64,000 bases of DNA from Myxococcales bacterium (lineage in GTDB: Bacteria; Myxococcota_A; Polyangia; Polyangiales; Polyangiaceae): the NCBI GenBank assembly GCA_043747615.1, contig JAYTOU010000003.1, positions 160,001 through 224,000 on the forward strand, read 5' to 3'. Every line of letters begins with the position of its first letter. Position 1 is the first letter of the stretch. The translations under genes and the position numbers were made by a program. Positions 10,774 to 23,052 of the stretch are shown here, piece after piece. The notes under the pieces are model-generated. The model was given only the letters and a program-made list of their open reading frames with translations. It was not told where the DNA came from and ran no database searches.

Positions 10774-11786
10774 TGCTGCTCCCGGTCATCACGCGCGTGT
10801 GCGCCGGTGAACACCTGAGTGCCGCCGAGATGGCGGTCGTCATCGGCCACATCATGGACGGCGAGACAACCGAAGCCCAGATCGAGGCCTTCTTGGTGGC
10901 CCTTCGCGCGAAGGGCGAGACGGTGGACGAAGTGGTGGGCGCAGCGCGAGCGATGCGCGCCCGTGCACTCAAGCTGCGCGTGCCCACCGGCGTCGTGGTC
11001 GACACGTGCGGCACCGGCGGCGACGGCGCGAGCACTATCAACATCTCTACGATCGCGGCAATCGTGGTGGCGGCTGCAGGAGTTTGCGTGGCGAAGCACG
11101 GCAACCGCGCCCAGTCCTCGCGCGCGGGATCGGCAGACGTGCTCGAGGCCCTCGGCGTCGACGTCAGCGCCCCGGTGGAGGTGGTCGAGCGCTGCCTCGA
11201 CGAGGTCGGCATCGGCTTCCTCTTCGCGCAGGCCTTTCACGGTGCGACGCGCCACGCCGCTGGAGCGCGCCGAAAGATCGGTGCGCGAACGATTTTCAAC
11301 ATGCTCGGCCCGCTGACCAACCCCGCGGGAGCGCGCCAGCAACTGATCGGTGTCTACGCAGTCGCGCTGCTCGAGCCGATGGCGCGCGCGCTCGGCGAGC
11401 TCGGTTCGGAACGCGCTCTGGTGGTGCACGGCGCCGGTGGGCTCGACGAGATTGCGCCTGCAGGGGCCACGGAGGTCGCCGAGTGGGGAGCTGGAGAGGT
11501 GAAGCGCTACCAGCTGCGGCCGAGCGACTTTCACCTCGAGGAGACCGATCCCGCCGGGCTCGCCGGCGGCGACGCTTCCAACAACGCCGAAAGGGCGCGC
11601 GCCATCCTCGACGGTGAACCCGGCGCCGGACGCAACACGGTCGTGATGAGCGCGGCAGCCACCTTCTACGCGGCGGGCAAAAGTGATCTACGCGAGGGCG
11701 CGCGCATCGCCGAGCGTATGATCGACGATGGCACCGCGCGATCCGTGCTGACGCGACTCATTGCGTGCTCGCGGAGCCGTTCATGA
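10773..11786 (+). CDS. trpD: Anthranilate phosphoribosyltransferase
   Basis: DTCGTGGDG, NIST, KHGNR, RTIFNMLGPLTNP, GLDE. Confidence 0.96.
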   Translation: MLLPVITRVCAGEHLSAAEMAVVIGHIMDGETTEAQIEAFLVALRAKGETVDEVVGAARAMRARALKLRVPTGVVVDTCGTGGDGASTINISTIAAIVVAAAGVCVAKHGNRAQSSRAGSADVLEALGVDVSAPVEVVERCLDEVGIGFLFAQAFHGATRHAAGARRKIGARTIFNMLGPLTNPAGARQQLIGVYAVALLEPMARALGELGSERALVVHGAGGLDEIAPAGATEVAEWGAGEVKRYQLRPSDFHLEETDPAGLAGGDASNNAERARAILDGEPGAGRNTVVMSAAATFYAAGKSDLREGARIAERMIDDGTARSVLTRLIACSRSRS

Positions 11787-12562
11787 TCCTGGACGAGATC
11801 ATCGCCGACAAGCGACGGGTACACGAGCTGCGGGAGCCGATCGCGATCGAGCTACTGTGGCGGCGTGTGCGCGCCCTTGCGCCGGCGCGCTCCCTTGCCG
11901 CCGCCCTGCGCGACCCGCAACGCCGCGCACCACGCGCCATCGCCGAGTTCAAGCGCCGCTCACCGTCGGCGGGAGTCATCCGAGCAGACGCCGATCCCGC
12001 GCTGACTGCGTCTGCGTACGCGCGCGCCGGAGCTGCCGCGCTGTCGATTCTCACGAACGAGCGCTTCTTCGGCGCGCACCGAGAGGACCTTCAGCGAGCG
12101 CGCAGCGCGGCCGCCATCCCGGTGTTGCGGAAAGATTTTCTTCTCGACGCGCGCGACGTACTCGAGGCGCGGCTCGGGGGCGCCGACGCAGCTCTGCTGA
12201 TTGTGCGCATCCTACCGGGGGAGCAACTGGTGGCGCTCGTCCGGGTGGCCGGCGAAGCAGGGATCGACGTCTTGGTCGAGGCGCATACTGACGAGGAGAT
12301 CGACGTTGCGCTCGCGAGCGGCGCGCGCATGATCGGCGTGAATCACCGCGACCTCGACACACTGACCATCGACCTGTCGCTCTCGGCGCGCGCGCGTTCG
12401 CGCGTAGGCCCTTCCGTGATCTTGATCGCGGAAAGCGGCATCCGGACAGCCGCCGATGTGGCGCGCATGCGGGAGCACGGCGCGGACGCCATCTTGGTCG
12501 GCGAGTCGCTGATGCGCGCACCCGATCCGGGCGCGGCGCTCAAGGAGCTCTTGCAGTGTTAA
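11783..12562 (+). CDS. trpC: Indole-3-glycerol-phosphate synthase
   Basis: [35 protein letters not shown]; no fused TrpF domain. Confidence 0.95.
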   Translation: MILDEIIADKRRVHELREPIAIELLWRRVRALAPARSLAAALRDPQRRAPRAIAEFKRRSPSAGVIRADADPALTASAYARAGAAALSILTNERFFGAHREDLQRARSAAAIPVLRKDFLLDARDVLEARLGGADAALLIVRILPGEQLVALVRVAGEAGIDVLVEAHTDEEIDVALASGARMIGVNHRDLDTLTIDLSLSARARSRVGPSVILIAESGIRTAADVARMREHGADAILVGESLMRAPDPGAALKELLQC

Positions 12563-12606
12563 TGACGATTTGTGGCGGCGTTCGTCGCCCGTGCAAAGGA
12601 ACGTGA
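12556..12606 (+). pseudogene. trpF: Scar of internally deleted phosphoribosylanthranilate isomerase; 16-codon mini-ORF
   Basis: GTG TTA ATG ACG ATT TGT GGC = MLMTICG (cf. TrpF N-terminal xVKICG) joined at GTGGC to a +1-frame [10 protein letters not shown] (TrpF-like C-terminal helix); lies at the canonical trpC-trpF-trpB position. Confidence 0.65.
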
Positions 12607-13802
12607 TGGCAACGAGCGCAGGGCACTTCGGTCCGTTTGGTGGTCGCTATGTCTCAGAGACGCTCATCCCAGCGCTCGAAGAGCTCGAGGCGGTGTGGCG
12701 AGCGGCCCAGGCGGACCCCGCGTTCGAGCGCGAGCTCGGCCTCCTCTTTCGTGACTACGTCGGTCGCCCCTCGGCGCTCACCCTCGCCGATGGGCTGACG
12801 CGCGCGATCTTCCCCTCCAACACGAGCGCCAAGATTTATCTCAAGCGCGAGGATCTCAACCACACCGGTTCGCACAAAATCAATAACTGCATCGGACAGG
12901 CGCTGCTCGCGCGACGCATGGGCAAGCCGCGTCTGATCGCCGAGACCGGCGCGGGTCAGCACGGCGTGGCCACCGCAACCGTCGCGGCGAAGTTCGGTTT
13001 CCGCTGCGAAGTCTACATGGGCGCCAAGGACGTCGAGCGGCAGAAGCTCAACGTCTTTCGCATGCGCTTGCTCGGTGCAGAGGTGCACGCCGTGGAATCG
13101 GGCACGCGTTCGCTCAAGGATGCCATGAACGAGGCGCTGCGCGACTGGGTGACCAACGTACGCGACACCCACTACATCATCGGTTCCGTGGCCGGCCCTC
13201 ACCCCTACCCGACGATGGTGCGCGACTTTCAGTCGGTGATCGGTCAGGAGGCGCGGGCTCAGTTGCTCGAGCGCGAGGGGCGCCTTCCCGACGCGGCGGT
13301 CGCTTGCGTCGGCGGAGGCTCTAACGCCATGGGCCTCTTCCATTCATTCGTCGGCGACGCAGGCGTCAAGCTCTACGGGGCAGAGGCAGCAGGCGAGGGC
13401 ATCGCCACCGGGAATCACGCGGCCACGTTATCCCACGGGCGCATCGGCGTTCTCCACGGCTCCAAGAGCTTCGTGCTCACCGACGACGACGGCCAGATCT
13501 TGCCGGCGCACTCGATCTCGGCCGGTCTCGACTACCCCGGCGTCGGCCCCGAGCACAGTTGGCTCAAGCAATCGGGTCGCGCCACTTACCTCGCCATCAC
13601 CGACAAGGAGGCGCTCGAGGGGCTGCAGCTGTTGGCGCGTTCCGAGGGGATCCTGTGTGCGCTCGAAACTGCCCACGCGATCGCAGCTCTGGGCACGCTG
13701 GCACCCTCGCTTTGCCAAGGCGCGCTCGTGGTGCTCGCACTCTCCGGGCGCGGTGACAAAGACATGCCGACGGTGGCGCACATGCTCGGAGTCGACTCAT
13801 GA
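12606..13802 (+). CDS. trpB: Tryptophan synthase beta chain
   Basis: [55 protein letters not shown] upstream. Confidence 0.97.
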   Translation: MATSAGHFGPFGGRYVSETLIPALEELEAVWRAAQADPAFERELGLLFRDYVGRPSALTLADGLTRAIFPSNTSAKIYLKREDLNHTGSHKINNCIGQALLARRMGKPRLIAETGAGQHGVATATVAAKFGFRCEVYMGAKDVERQKLNVFRMRLLGAEVHAVESGTRSLKDAMNEALRDWVTNVRDTHYIIGSVAGPHPYPTMVRDFQSVIGQEARAQLLEREGRLPDAAVACVGGGSNAMGLFHSFVGDAGVKLYGAEAAGEGIATGNHAATLSHGRIGVLHGSKSFVLTDDDGQILPAHSISAGLDYPGVGPEHSWLKQSGRATYLAITDKEALEGLQLLARSEGILCALETAHAIAALGTLAPSLCQGALVVLALSGRGDKDMPTVAHMLGVDS

Positions 13803-14617
13803 ACGTAGAGAATCGGTTGACCCGACGCTTCGCGCAGCTGCGGCAGCAGGGCGAAACGGGGCTGATCATCTACCTCACCGCGGGTGACCCTTCGCTGGTC
13901 GAGACGCCCGCACTGCTCATCGAAGCGGCCCGCGCAGGCGCCGACGTCATCGAGCTGGGTGTCCCGTTTTCTGATCCGTCGGCCGACGGCATCGTCATCC
14001 AGCAAGCGATGGCGCGGGCGCTCGTCACGGGCGGCGCCGGCACGCAGACGATCGCGCGCACGCTCGAGGCAGTGCGCATCTTTCGACGTGAGTCAGAAGT
14101 GCCGTTGGTGCTCTTTGGCTACTACAACCCGCTCTTGCAGCACGGTCTTCCGCGCGTCGTCGAGGACGCCCGCGCCGCCGGCGTCGATGGCTTGCTGGTA
14201 GTCGATCTGCCGGCGGACGAGGCGGACGAGCTCGACAGCCTCGCCGCCGCCGCGCACCTGTCGCGTGTGCCCCTTCTCGCGCCCACCACCTCGCCCGCAC
14301 GCGCCCGCACGGTGGTGGCGCGCGCGAGCGGCTTTGCGTACTACGTCGCACTGACCGGCGTCACCGGCGCAGGCCACCTCGACGTCGCCGAGGTCGAACG
14401 ACGCGTCACCGAGCTTCGTCCGGCGCTCGGCGACTTACCGCTCGCGGTCGGGTTCGGCGTGCGTGACCCTGCGAGCGCCCGCGCGCTGAGGCCCTACGCG
14501 GACGCCGTGGTCGTCGGCAGCGCATTGGTGCAAGCGATCGCAGATGCCCCAGATGCAGCAACCCGTTTGCGCGTCGTCCACGATCGCGTCGCGGCGCTCA
14601 AGGAAGCCCTGCGCTAG
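13799..14617 (+). CDS. trpA: Tryptophan synthase alpha chain
   Basis: [37 protein letters not shown]. Confidence 0.96.
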   Translation: MNVENRLTRRFAQLRQQGETGLIIYLTAGDPSLVETPALLIEAARAGADVIELGVPFSDPSADGIVIQQAMARALVTGGAGTQTIARTLEAVRIFRRESEVPLVLFGYYNPLLQHGLPRVVEDARAAGVDGLLVVDLPADEADELDSLAAAAHLSRVPLLAPTTSPARARTVVARASGFAYYVALTGVTGAGHLDVAEVERRVTELRPALGDLPLAVGFGVRDPASARALRPYADAVVVGSALVQAIADAPDAATRLRVVHDRVAALKEALR

Positions 14618-14641
14618 CCGGGAACGTCGCCCGCTTCCACT

Positions 14642-15508
14642 CTACCGAACACCGCTCGTAACCGTGACCCCCTCGGGGAGCCCATGGATGGTGACGGTGA
14701 CCTCGACGCGTGGGTTTTGCTTCCTGCCCATGCGCGTCATCATGGCGGCTGACTGGTCTCGCAGGCTCGAATCATCCATCGGGTCGTTGAAAAAGAGCGT
14801 GGCCGCGACGCCCTTCTTGGTGAGGTACGCGATCGTGGTGGTCGCTCGATCCTTGACGAGGCTCCTCGCCTTGCTTGGATCTTCGCGCTCGGAATAGCCC
14901 TTCACCTGCACCGCCGCGACGCGCGGGTTCGCCTTGATGCTCGCCGCAAGCTTGTCGGCCGCTCTCTTTCCATCCTCGCCGAGCGTCGCCGAGCCGTTCG
15001 GGAATTCGATGGTGTCCGTACTGGACGAGAATCCTGCGACCGGCCCCCGATAGGCAGCGGCGCCGCCCGTCGTTCCCTTGGTTTGAGGGAGAGCGGCTGG
15101 CTGCGTCGGGAGCGACAGCAAGAGGGCCTTCGCGTTGGCCTGATACGACGGGTCGACCGAAGTGGAGCTTGCGACCTCGCCGAGCGCGCGTCGCCGTCCG
15201 AGAAGATCCGGGTCATCGCCCGCGCCTGCGGTCGTTGCCGCCGCCCACTTGTTTTCGATGTCTTTGAAGTCGGCCGATTGGCGGAGCGGTGACGAGCCTG
15301 GGAGCGTGGTCACCAGCCGCAGATGCGCACCCTGAAAATCCCCCTGCGCCGCGAGCTTTTTTGCGTCGGCCACGGCGGCCTCTTCGACGGACGGAGCTGC
15401 AGGTTGGGTGGCACCTACGGACGCAGGCTCGCCTTGCGAAGTCGGCGCGAGCTTGCTGCACGGGTTGAGGGACAAGACGAGCCCGAAGCAGAACGCGCGC
15501 AGAATCAC
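14642..15508 (-). CDS. Exported protein with C-terminal OmpA-like peptidoglycan-binding domain
   Basis: GGGAGG SD, signal peptide; IEFPNGSATL...VQVKGY...RA...YL.KKGV...NPRVEV. Confidence 0.7.
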   Translation of the reverse strand: MILRAFCFGLVLSLNPCSKLAPTSQGEPASVGATQPAAPSVEEAAVADAKKLAAQGDFQGAHLRLVTTLPGSSPLRQSADFKDIENKWAAATTAGAGDDPDLLGRRRALGEVASSTSVDPSYQANAKALLLSLPTQPAALPQTKGTTGGAAAYRGPVAGFSSSTDTIEFPNGSATLGEDGKRAADKLAASIKANPRVAAVQVKGYSEREDPSKARSLVKDRATTTIAYLTKKGVAATLFFNDPMDDSSLRDQSAAMMTRMGRKQNPRVEVTVTIHGLPEGVTVTSGVR

Positions 15509-15623
15509 CGGTGGCCTCCCCTGAGAGCGATCCGCAAAACCGGACGCATCCGAAGCAATCTATGCCGTTCTGTCTCCGAACCCAACAGACCTACTTTGCG
15601 CCGACGTTCGGCGCGCCGCAGAG

Positions 15624-16700
15624 CTAAAGCTGGCCGCGCATCTTGGCGATGGCTTTTTGAAAAGACTCCTTGTCGTTGGCCTTCTCCATCGCTGACTCGG
15701 GAGATATTTTTTTCTCGAGCATCAGTCGCTCGAGCGACATGTCCATCGTCTGCATGCCTTGGGCCTGACCAGCCTGCATCACGCTGAGGATCTGGTACGT
15801 CTTGCCGTCTCGGATCATGGCCGAGACGGCGCTGGTCCCCATGAGAATTTCGAGCGCGGCGAGCCGCCCCGTTCCGTCCGCAGATTTTAGAAGCTGCTGG
15901 GCGACGATCCCGATGAGGCTCTCGGCGAGCATACCGCGCACCTGCGACTGCTCGTCGGCGGGAAAGGCATTGATGATCCGATCGATGGTGGCGACGGCGC
16001 TGTTGGTGTGAACCGTCGCGAAGATGAGAGCGCCGAAGCTCGCGAGCTGGAGAGCAAGCTTCATGGTCTCGTTTCCGCGAAGCTCTCCAATGAGGATCAC
16101 GTTGGCGTCTTCGCGACCAGCGCTCCGGATGGCGCTCGCGAAGCTCACCGCGTGTGGCCCGACCTCGCGGTGGGTTACCTGAGCGAGCTTCGGCTGGTGC
16201 ACGAACTCGATCGGATCTTCCACCGTGAGGATATGGCAAGCGCGCTGCGCGTTGATGTGGTTGATCATCGCCGCGAGGGTGGTCGATTTTCCGGAGCCCG
16301 TCGGACCGGTGACCAGCACGAGGCCCGCCCGCCGCTCGGCGAGTTTGCGCACCGACTCGGGACACCCGAGATCCTGCAGCGTGAGGACCTTGGTGGGAAT
16401 GGTGCGGAAGACGGCTGCGAGGCCGCTGCTCTTGTAAAAAAAATTCGCGCGAAACCGAGCCTTGTCGGCGTATGCGTAGGCGAAATCGAGATCGAGCTCC
16501 TCGGTGATCTGCTTCTTCTGTGCGGGGGAGACGATCTCGTAGAGGAGCCCTTCCATTTCCTCGGTGGTCATCGGCGCGTCGCGAAGCGGCACGAGCTCGC
16601 CGCGCAGACGGATGAGCGGCGGGTACCCTATGCCGAGGTGAAGATCGCTCCCCTTCTTGGAGAGGAGCTCGTCGAAGAGGCGCTCGATTTTGGCGGCCAC
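15624..16700 (-). CDS. pilT: PilT/PilU-family type IV pilus retraction ATPase paralog
   Basis: [39 protein letters not shown]. Confidence 0.9.
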   Translation of the reverse strand: MAAKIERLFDELLSKKGSDLHLGIGYPPLIRLRGELVPLRDAPMTTEEMEGLLYEIVSPAQKKQITEELDLDFAYAYADKARFRANFFYKSSGLAAVFRTIPTKVLTLQDLGCPESVRKLAERRAGLVLVTGPTGSGKSTTLAAMINHINAQRACHILTVEDPIEFVHQPKLAQVTHREVGPHAVSFASAIRSAGREDANVILIGELRGNETMKLALQLASFGALIFATVHTNSAVATIDRIINAFPADEQSQVRGMLAESLIGIVAQQLLKSADGTGRLAALEILMGTSAVSAMIRDGKTYQILSVMQAGQAQGMQTMDMSLERLMLEKKISPESAMEKANDKESFQKAIAKMRGQL

Positions 16701-16707
16701 GCGTCCC

Positions 16708-18498
16708 TTACTTTCCGAAATCCGGGGACTCGGCGACGGCCCTGGCGTTCTCTATCGTCGTTCTCTTCGTGCGCACGAGCTCCTGGAGAGAGTCGTCGAG
16801 GCGGATGATTCCCAGCGCTTTTCCCCGCTGCTGCAGGCTCGGGATCTGAAACGTGCGGTTGTCGCGAATGAGGCTCCACAGCGGGATTGACCCGGGGAGA
16901 ACCTCCGCCGCCGCGACCATGCCGCCGCCCGTGGCTGGAAGAAGCTTCTGCCCCACGACCATCCGCAGGCCGCCCGCGAGCGTCATCCGCACTTGCCCTT
17001 GGTCGGCGGGGGGAAAAAGATCGATCAGACGATCGATGGTCTTCGCCGCGCTCGGAGTGTTCATCGTGCCGAGCACCAGGTGACCCGTCTCACTTGCAGC
17101 AAGAGCCATACGCACGGTCTCCGTGTCGCGCAGCTCCCCGACTACGATCACGTCGGGATCTTCGCGGAGGGACGCCTTGAGCGCCGCGGCAAACGTTCTC
17201 GTGTGCCTGCCCACCTCACGCTGGCTCATGAGCGCCTTCTTCCGCGGGTGGAGGTACTCGATCGGATCCTCCACGCTGATCACGTGATGGGTCGACTCGC
17301 GGTTGATGATGTCCACGATCGCGGCCATCGTGCTTGTTTTACCGTGTCCCGTGGGGCCCGTCACAAGGATGAGACCTTGGTGGTGGTGGGTCGCTTCGCC
17401 GATGGCCGCGGGAAGACCGAGTGACTCGAGGGTCGGGATCTCGCGACCGACGAGGCGCATGCACATCTTGTAGCCGGTGCGCTGTCGGGTGACGTTGACC
17501 CGCAGGCGACCAAGCTCCGCGTGCGAGCGCGCGAAGTCACACGAGCCGTCGGCATCGAGCTGGGCGCGGGCCGCACCCTTCACTTCGCCGTCGATGATTC
17601 GCTCCACGAGCTCCGCGTCGAGCGACTTGCCGCGCGCCACGAGATCTCCACTCAACCGGAACATCGCCGGACGGCCCGAGACGATGTGCACATCGCTCGC
17701 CGACTCGCCCCGCGCAGCGGTGACGAGCTCCATGAGCTCCCGGCCGAGAGGTGCGCCCGGATCGATCCTCTCGACACCACGAGGAGTCGACATCGAACGT
17801 ATCGGAAGCGGCGGCGGACCACCGGCGTCAACGCGGGCTGCCGGACGCTTGGGAGCCACGCCCTCGGCGATGCTCCGGCCGTGATCGAGATCGAGAGAAA
17901 ACTCACGGGCGGTGCTAGCGGCAACAATCGGCGTCGCGCTCCGATCCGGGCTCAGATCGAGATCGAGCGAGATCTCGCCCGTCGACATAGCGAGCTCGAC
18001 GACCGGCGGAAACACGGGCGGCGAAGGGGGCGGAGCGACCTTCGTCGGTTCGACTTTTTTCGAACGCTCGACGCCGCCCACCACAGCCGCCCGCAGCTCC
18101 GACGGCACGTCATCCAGCGGTTTCGGAGCGGGAGGGTCTCCAGCGCGCTCGGGCGCCGCGACGGCTCCGGCGACAAACTTCGCCAGAGTGAAGCGAGCCT
18201 GGATGAGCTCGTCCTTCATCACCGCCATGACCGTGACGGACCCGACGCCGTTGACGCGCGCCGTCCAATTTAGCGGCTTCGCGCCGAGATCGTCGACGTA
18301 GCGACTTCCCCCGACGGCCATCAACATCTGAAGAACGTTGTCCGTGCTCGGCGCGACGTCGTCGACGGGTTTGAACGCCCCCGACGTTTTGGCGCAAGGA
18401 AGACGCCCGCTGACGAGCGCGAACTCGGTCACGTTCGGCGCCGACAGGCAGCGGAGCATCTCCTCGATTGTCTTCAACGACGAGAGCTTACGACACAA
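16708..18498 (-). CDS. PilT/PilU-family ATPase paralog with extra N-terminal domain and Pro-rich linker
   Basis: ASDVHI, GPTGHGKTS, EDPIEY, REDPDVIVVGELRD, ETGHLVLGTMNT; exact start uncertain. Confidence 0.88.
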   Translation of the reverse strand: MCRKLSSLKTIEEMLRCLSAPNVTEFALVSGRLPCAKTSGAFKPVDDVAPSTDNVLQMLMAVGGSRYVDDLGAKPLNWTARVNGVGSVTVMAVMKDELIQARFTLAKFVAGAVAAPERAGDPPAPKPLDDVPSELRAAVVGGVERSKKVEPTKVAPPPSPPVFPPVVELAMSTGEISLDLDLSPDRSATPIVAASTAREFSLDLDHGRSIAEGVAPKRPAARVDAGGPPPLPIRSMSTPRGVERIDPGAPLGRELMELVTAARGESASDVHIVSGRPAMFRLSGDLVARGKSLDAELVERIIDGEVKGAARAQLDADGSCDFARSHAELGRLRVNVTRQRTGYKMCMRLVGREIPTLESLGLPAAIGEATHHHQGLILVTGPTGHGKTSTMAAIVDIINRESTHHVISVEDPIEYLHPRKKALMSQREVGRHTRTFAAALKASLREDPDVIVVGELRDTETVRMALAASETGHLVLGTMNTPSAAKTIDRLIDLFPPADQGQVRMTLAGGLRMVVGQKLLPATGGGMVAAAEVLPGSIPLWSLIRDNRTFQIPSLQQRGKALGIIRLDDSLQELVRTKRTTIENARAVAESPDFGK

Positions 18499-19647
18499 TC
18501 ACGCGCGGGGACGATTCTCCGGCGTTCCCTTCATGACCCTGCCCTCTTGACCCTGGGCGTACGCCTCGAAGAGCTTTCCCCACGACGTGTCGCGCTTCCA
18601 GTTTTCGAAGGTCTTCTTGTCCTTGAGCGGCCAGCGGTAATAGTCGTGGTAGGCCTCGCTGCCCGCGATGAAGACGTTGACCAGCGGGGTGTGAAAGAAG
18701 AGCTTCTGAAAGCGCTTCATCGGCCCGAACCACATGAAGTCGCCGACCATGCTCGCGCCGTTGTCGCCGACCGAAAATCCCCAACTCTCCTTGGAGATGT
18801 CGTCGCCCACGATCTCGATGTCCCGCGGATCGCCGACACCGAGGCCGTCGTCGTGCGCGACTTTGATGTACTCGAGCGACATCGGGTCGAAGCCCATCAT
18901 CTTGGCCGCAACCGCGTCGATCGCCGTCTGATCGGAAGACGCGAGCATGTAGTCTTTAATCACCGGGAACATGGTGCGCGGGCCGGGGCCGTTGCCCGCG
19001 GTGGTGCCGTCCATGATGGCGAAGAGGCCCGAGTGGATCTCTTTCTGGATGGCCAGGAGATCGACGAGCGTCTTGTGAATCCAGGTATGCGTGTAGTGCC
19101 GCTTGGTGGCGAGAAGACCGCCGAAGGCATTTTTCATGGCTCCGGTGGTGGTGGTGTAGATGTGACACTTAACCGTCGGCAGGTGGACGATGTTCTTCCC
19201 GAAGAAATAATCCGGGATCTGGATCCCCTCCGGAAAAATCTTGTGAAGGACGTGCATCTTCGCCTTCGGCTTGTAGTCGACCCACTTCATGTCGTTCGGC
19301 TTGAAGTTGTAGAGAACCGGGATCTTGTATTTCTTGAAGAGCGGCAGGTAGTGGTTCAAGTCTTCGCCCTTGAAGGCGTTGGTGACCACGGTCTTGTTCT
19401 GCACGCAGGAAATGTCCGCGAGACCTGCCTTCTGCAGGGCCAGGATCGTCCCTTCCATTTGCCAGGGCGTGCTGTTTGCGCCGGGGAACGGGTAGTGCCA
19501 GGAGATGTTGTCCTTGAGGATGGTGGTGTGACCGGCGGGGAGCGCTTGCTTCATCCCCGCGAGCTCGCACAGCCGCTCCGTGTCCTCGAGGATCGTCTCC
19601 GGCTTGACCTTCAGAACGGCAACCTTCGATTTTGCGATTTTCGCCAT
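18499..19647 (-). CDS. DUF362-domain (Fe-S-associated) protein
   Basis: ILKDN, LPTVKCH, GAMKNAFG, IMDG, AIDAVAAKMMG; GAGGAG SD. Confidence 0.75.
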   Translation of the reverse strand: MAKIAKSKVAVLKVKPETILEDTERLCELAGMKQALPAGHTTILKDNISWHYPFPGANSTPWQMEGTILALQKAGLADISCVQNKTVVTNAFKGEDLNHYLPLFKKYKIPVLYNFKPNDMKWVDYKPKAKMHVLHKIFPEGIQIPDYFFGKNIVHLPTVKCHIYTTTTGAMKNAFGGLLATKRHYTHTWIHKTLVDLLAIQKEIHSGLFAIMDGTTAGNGPGPRTMFPVIKDYMLASSDQTAIDAVAAKMMGFDPMSLEYIKVAHDDGLGVGDPRDIEIVGDDISKESWGFSVGDNGASMVGDFMWFGPMKRFQKLFFHTPLVNVFIAGSEAYHDYYRWPLKDKKTFENWKRDTSWGKLFEAYAQGQEGRVMKGTPENRPRA

Positions 19648-19665
19648 GGTGAGAACGACTCCTCG

Positions 19666-22975
<3,310 letters not shown>

Positions 22976-23052
22976 GCTGCTTCGATAAGCCGGAAACCGC
23001 TCGGCGCCAAACTTAGCGTTTTCTCCGGCTCCCTTGCTACGATCAACGAGAC

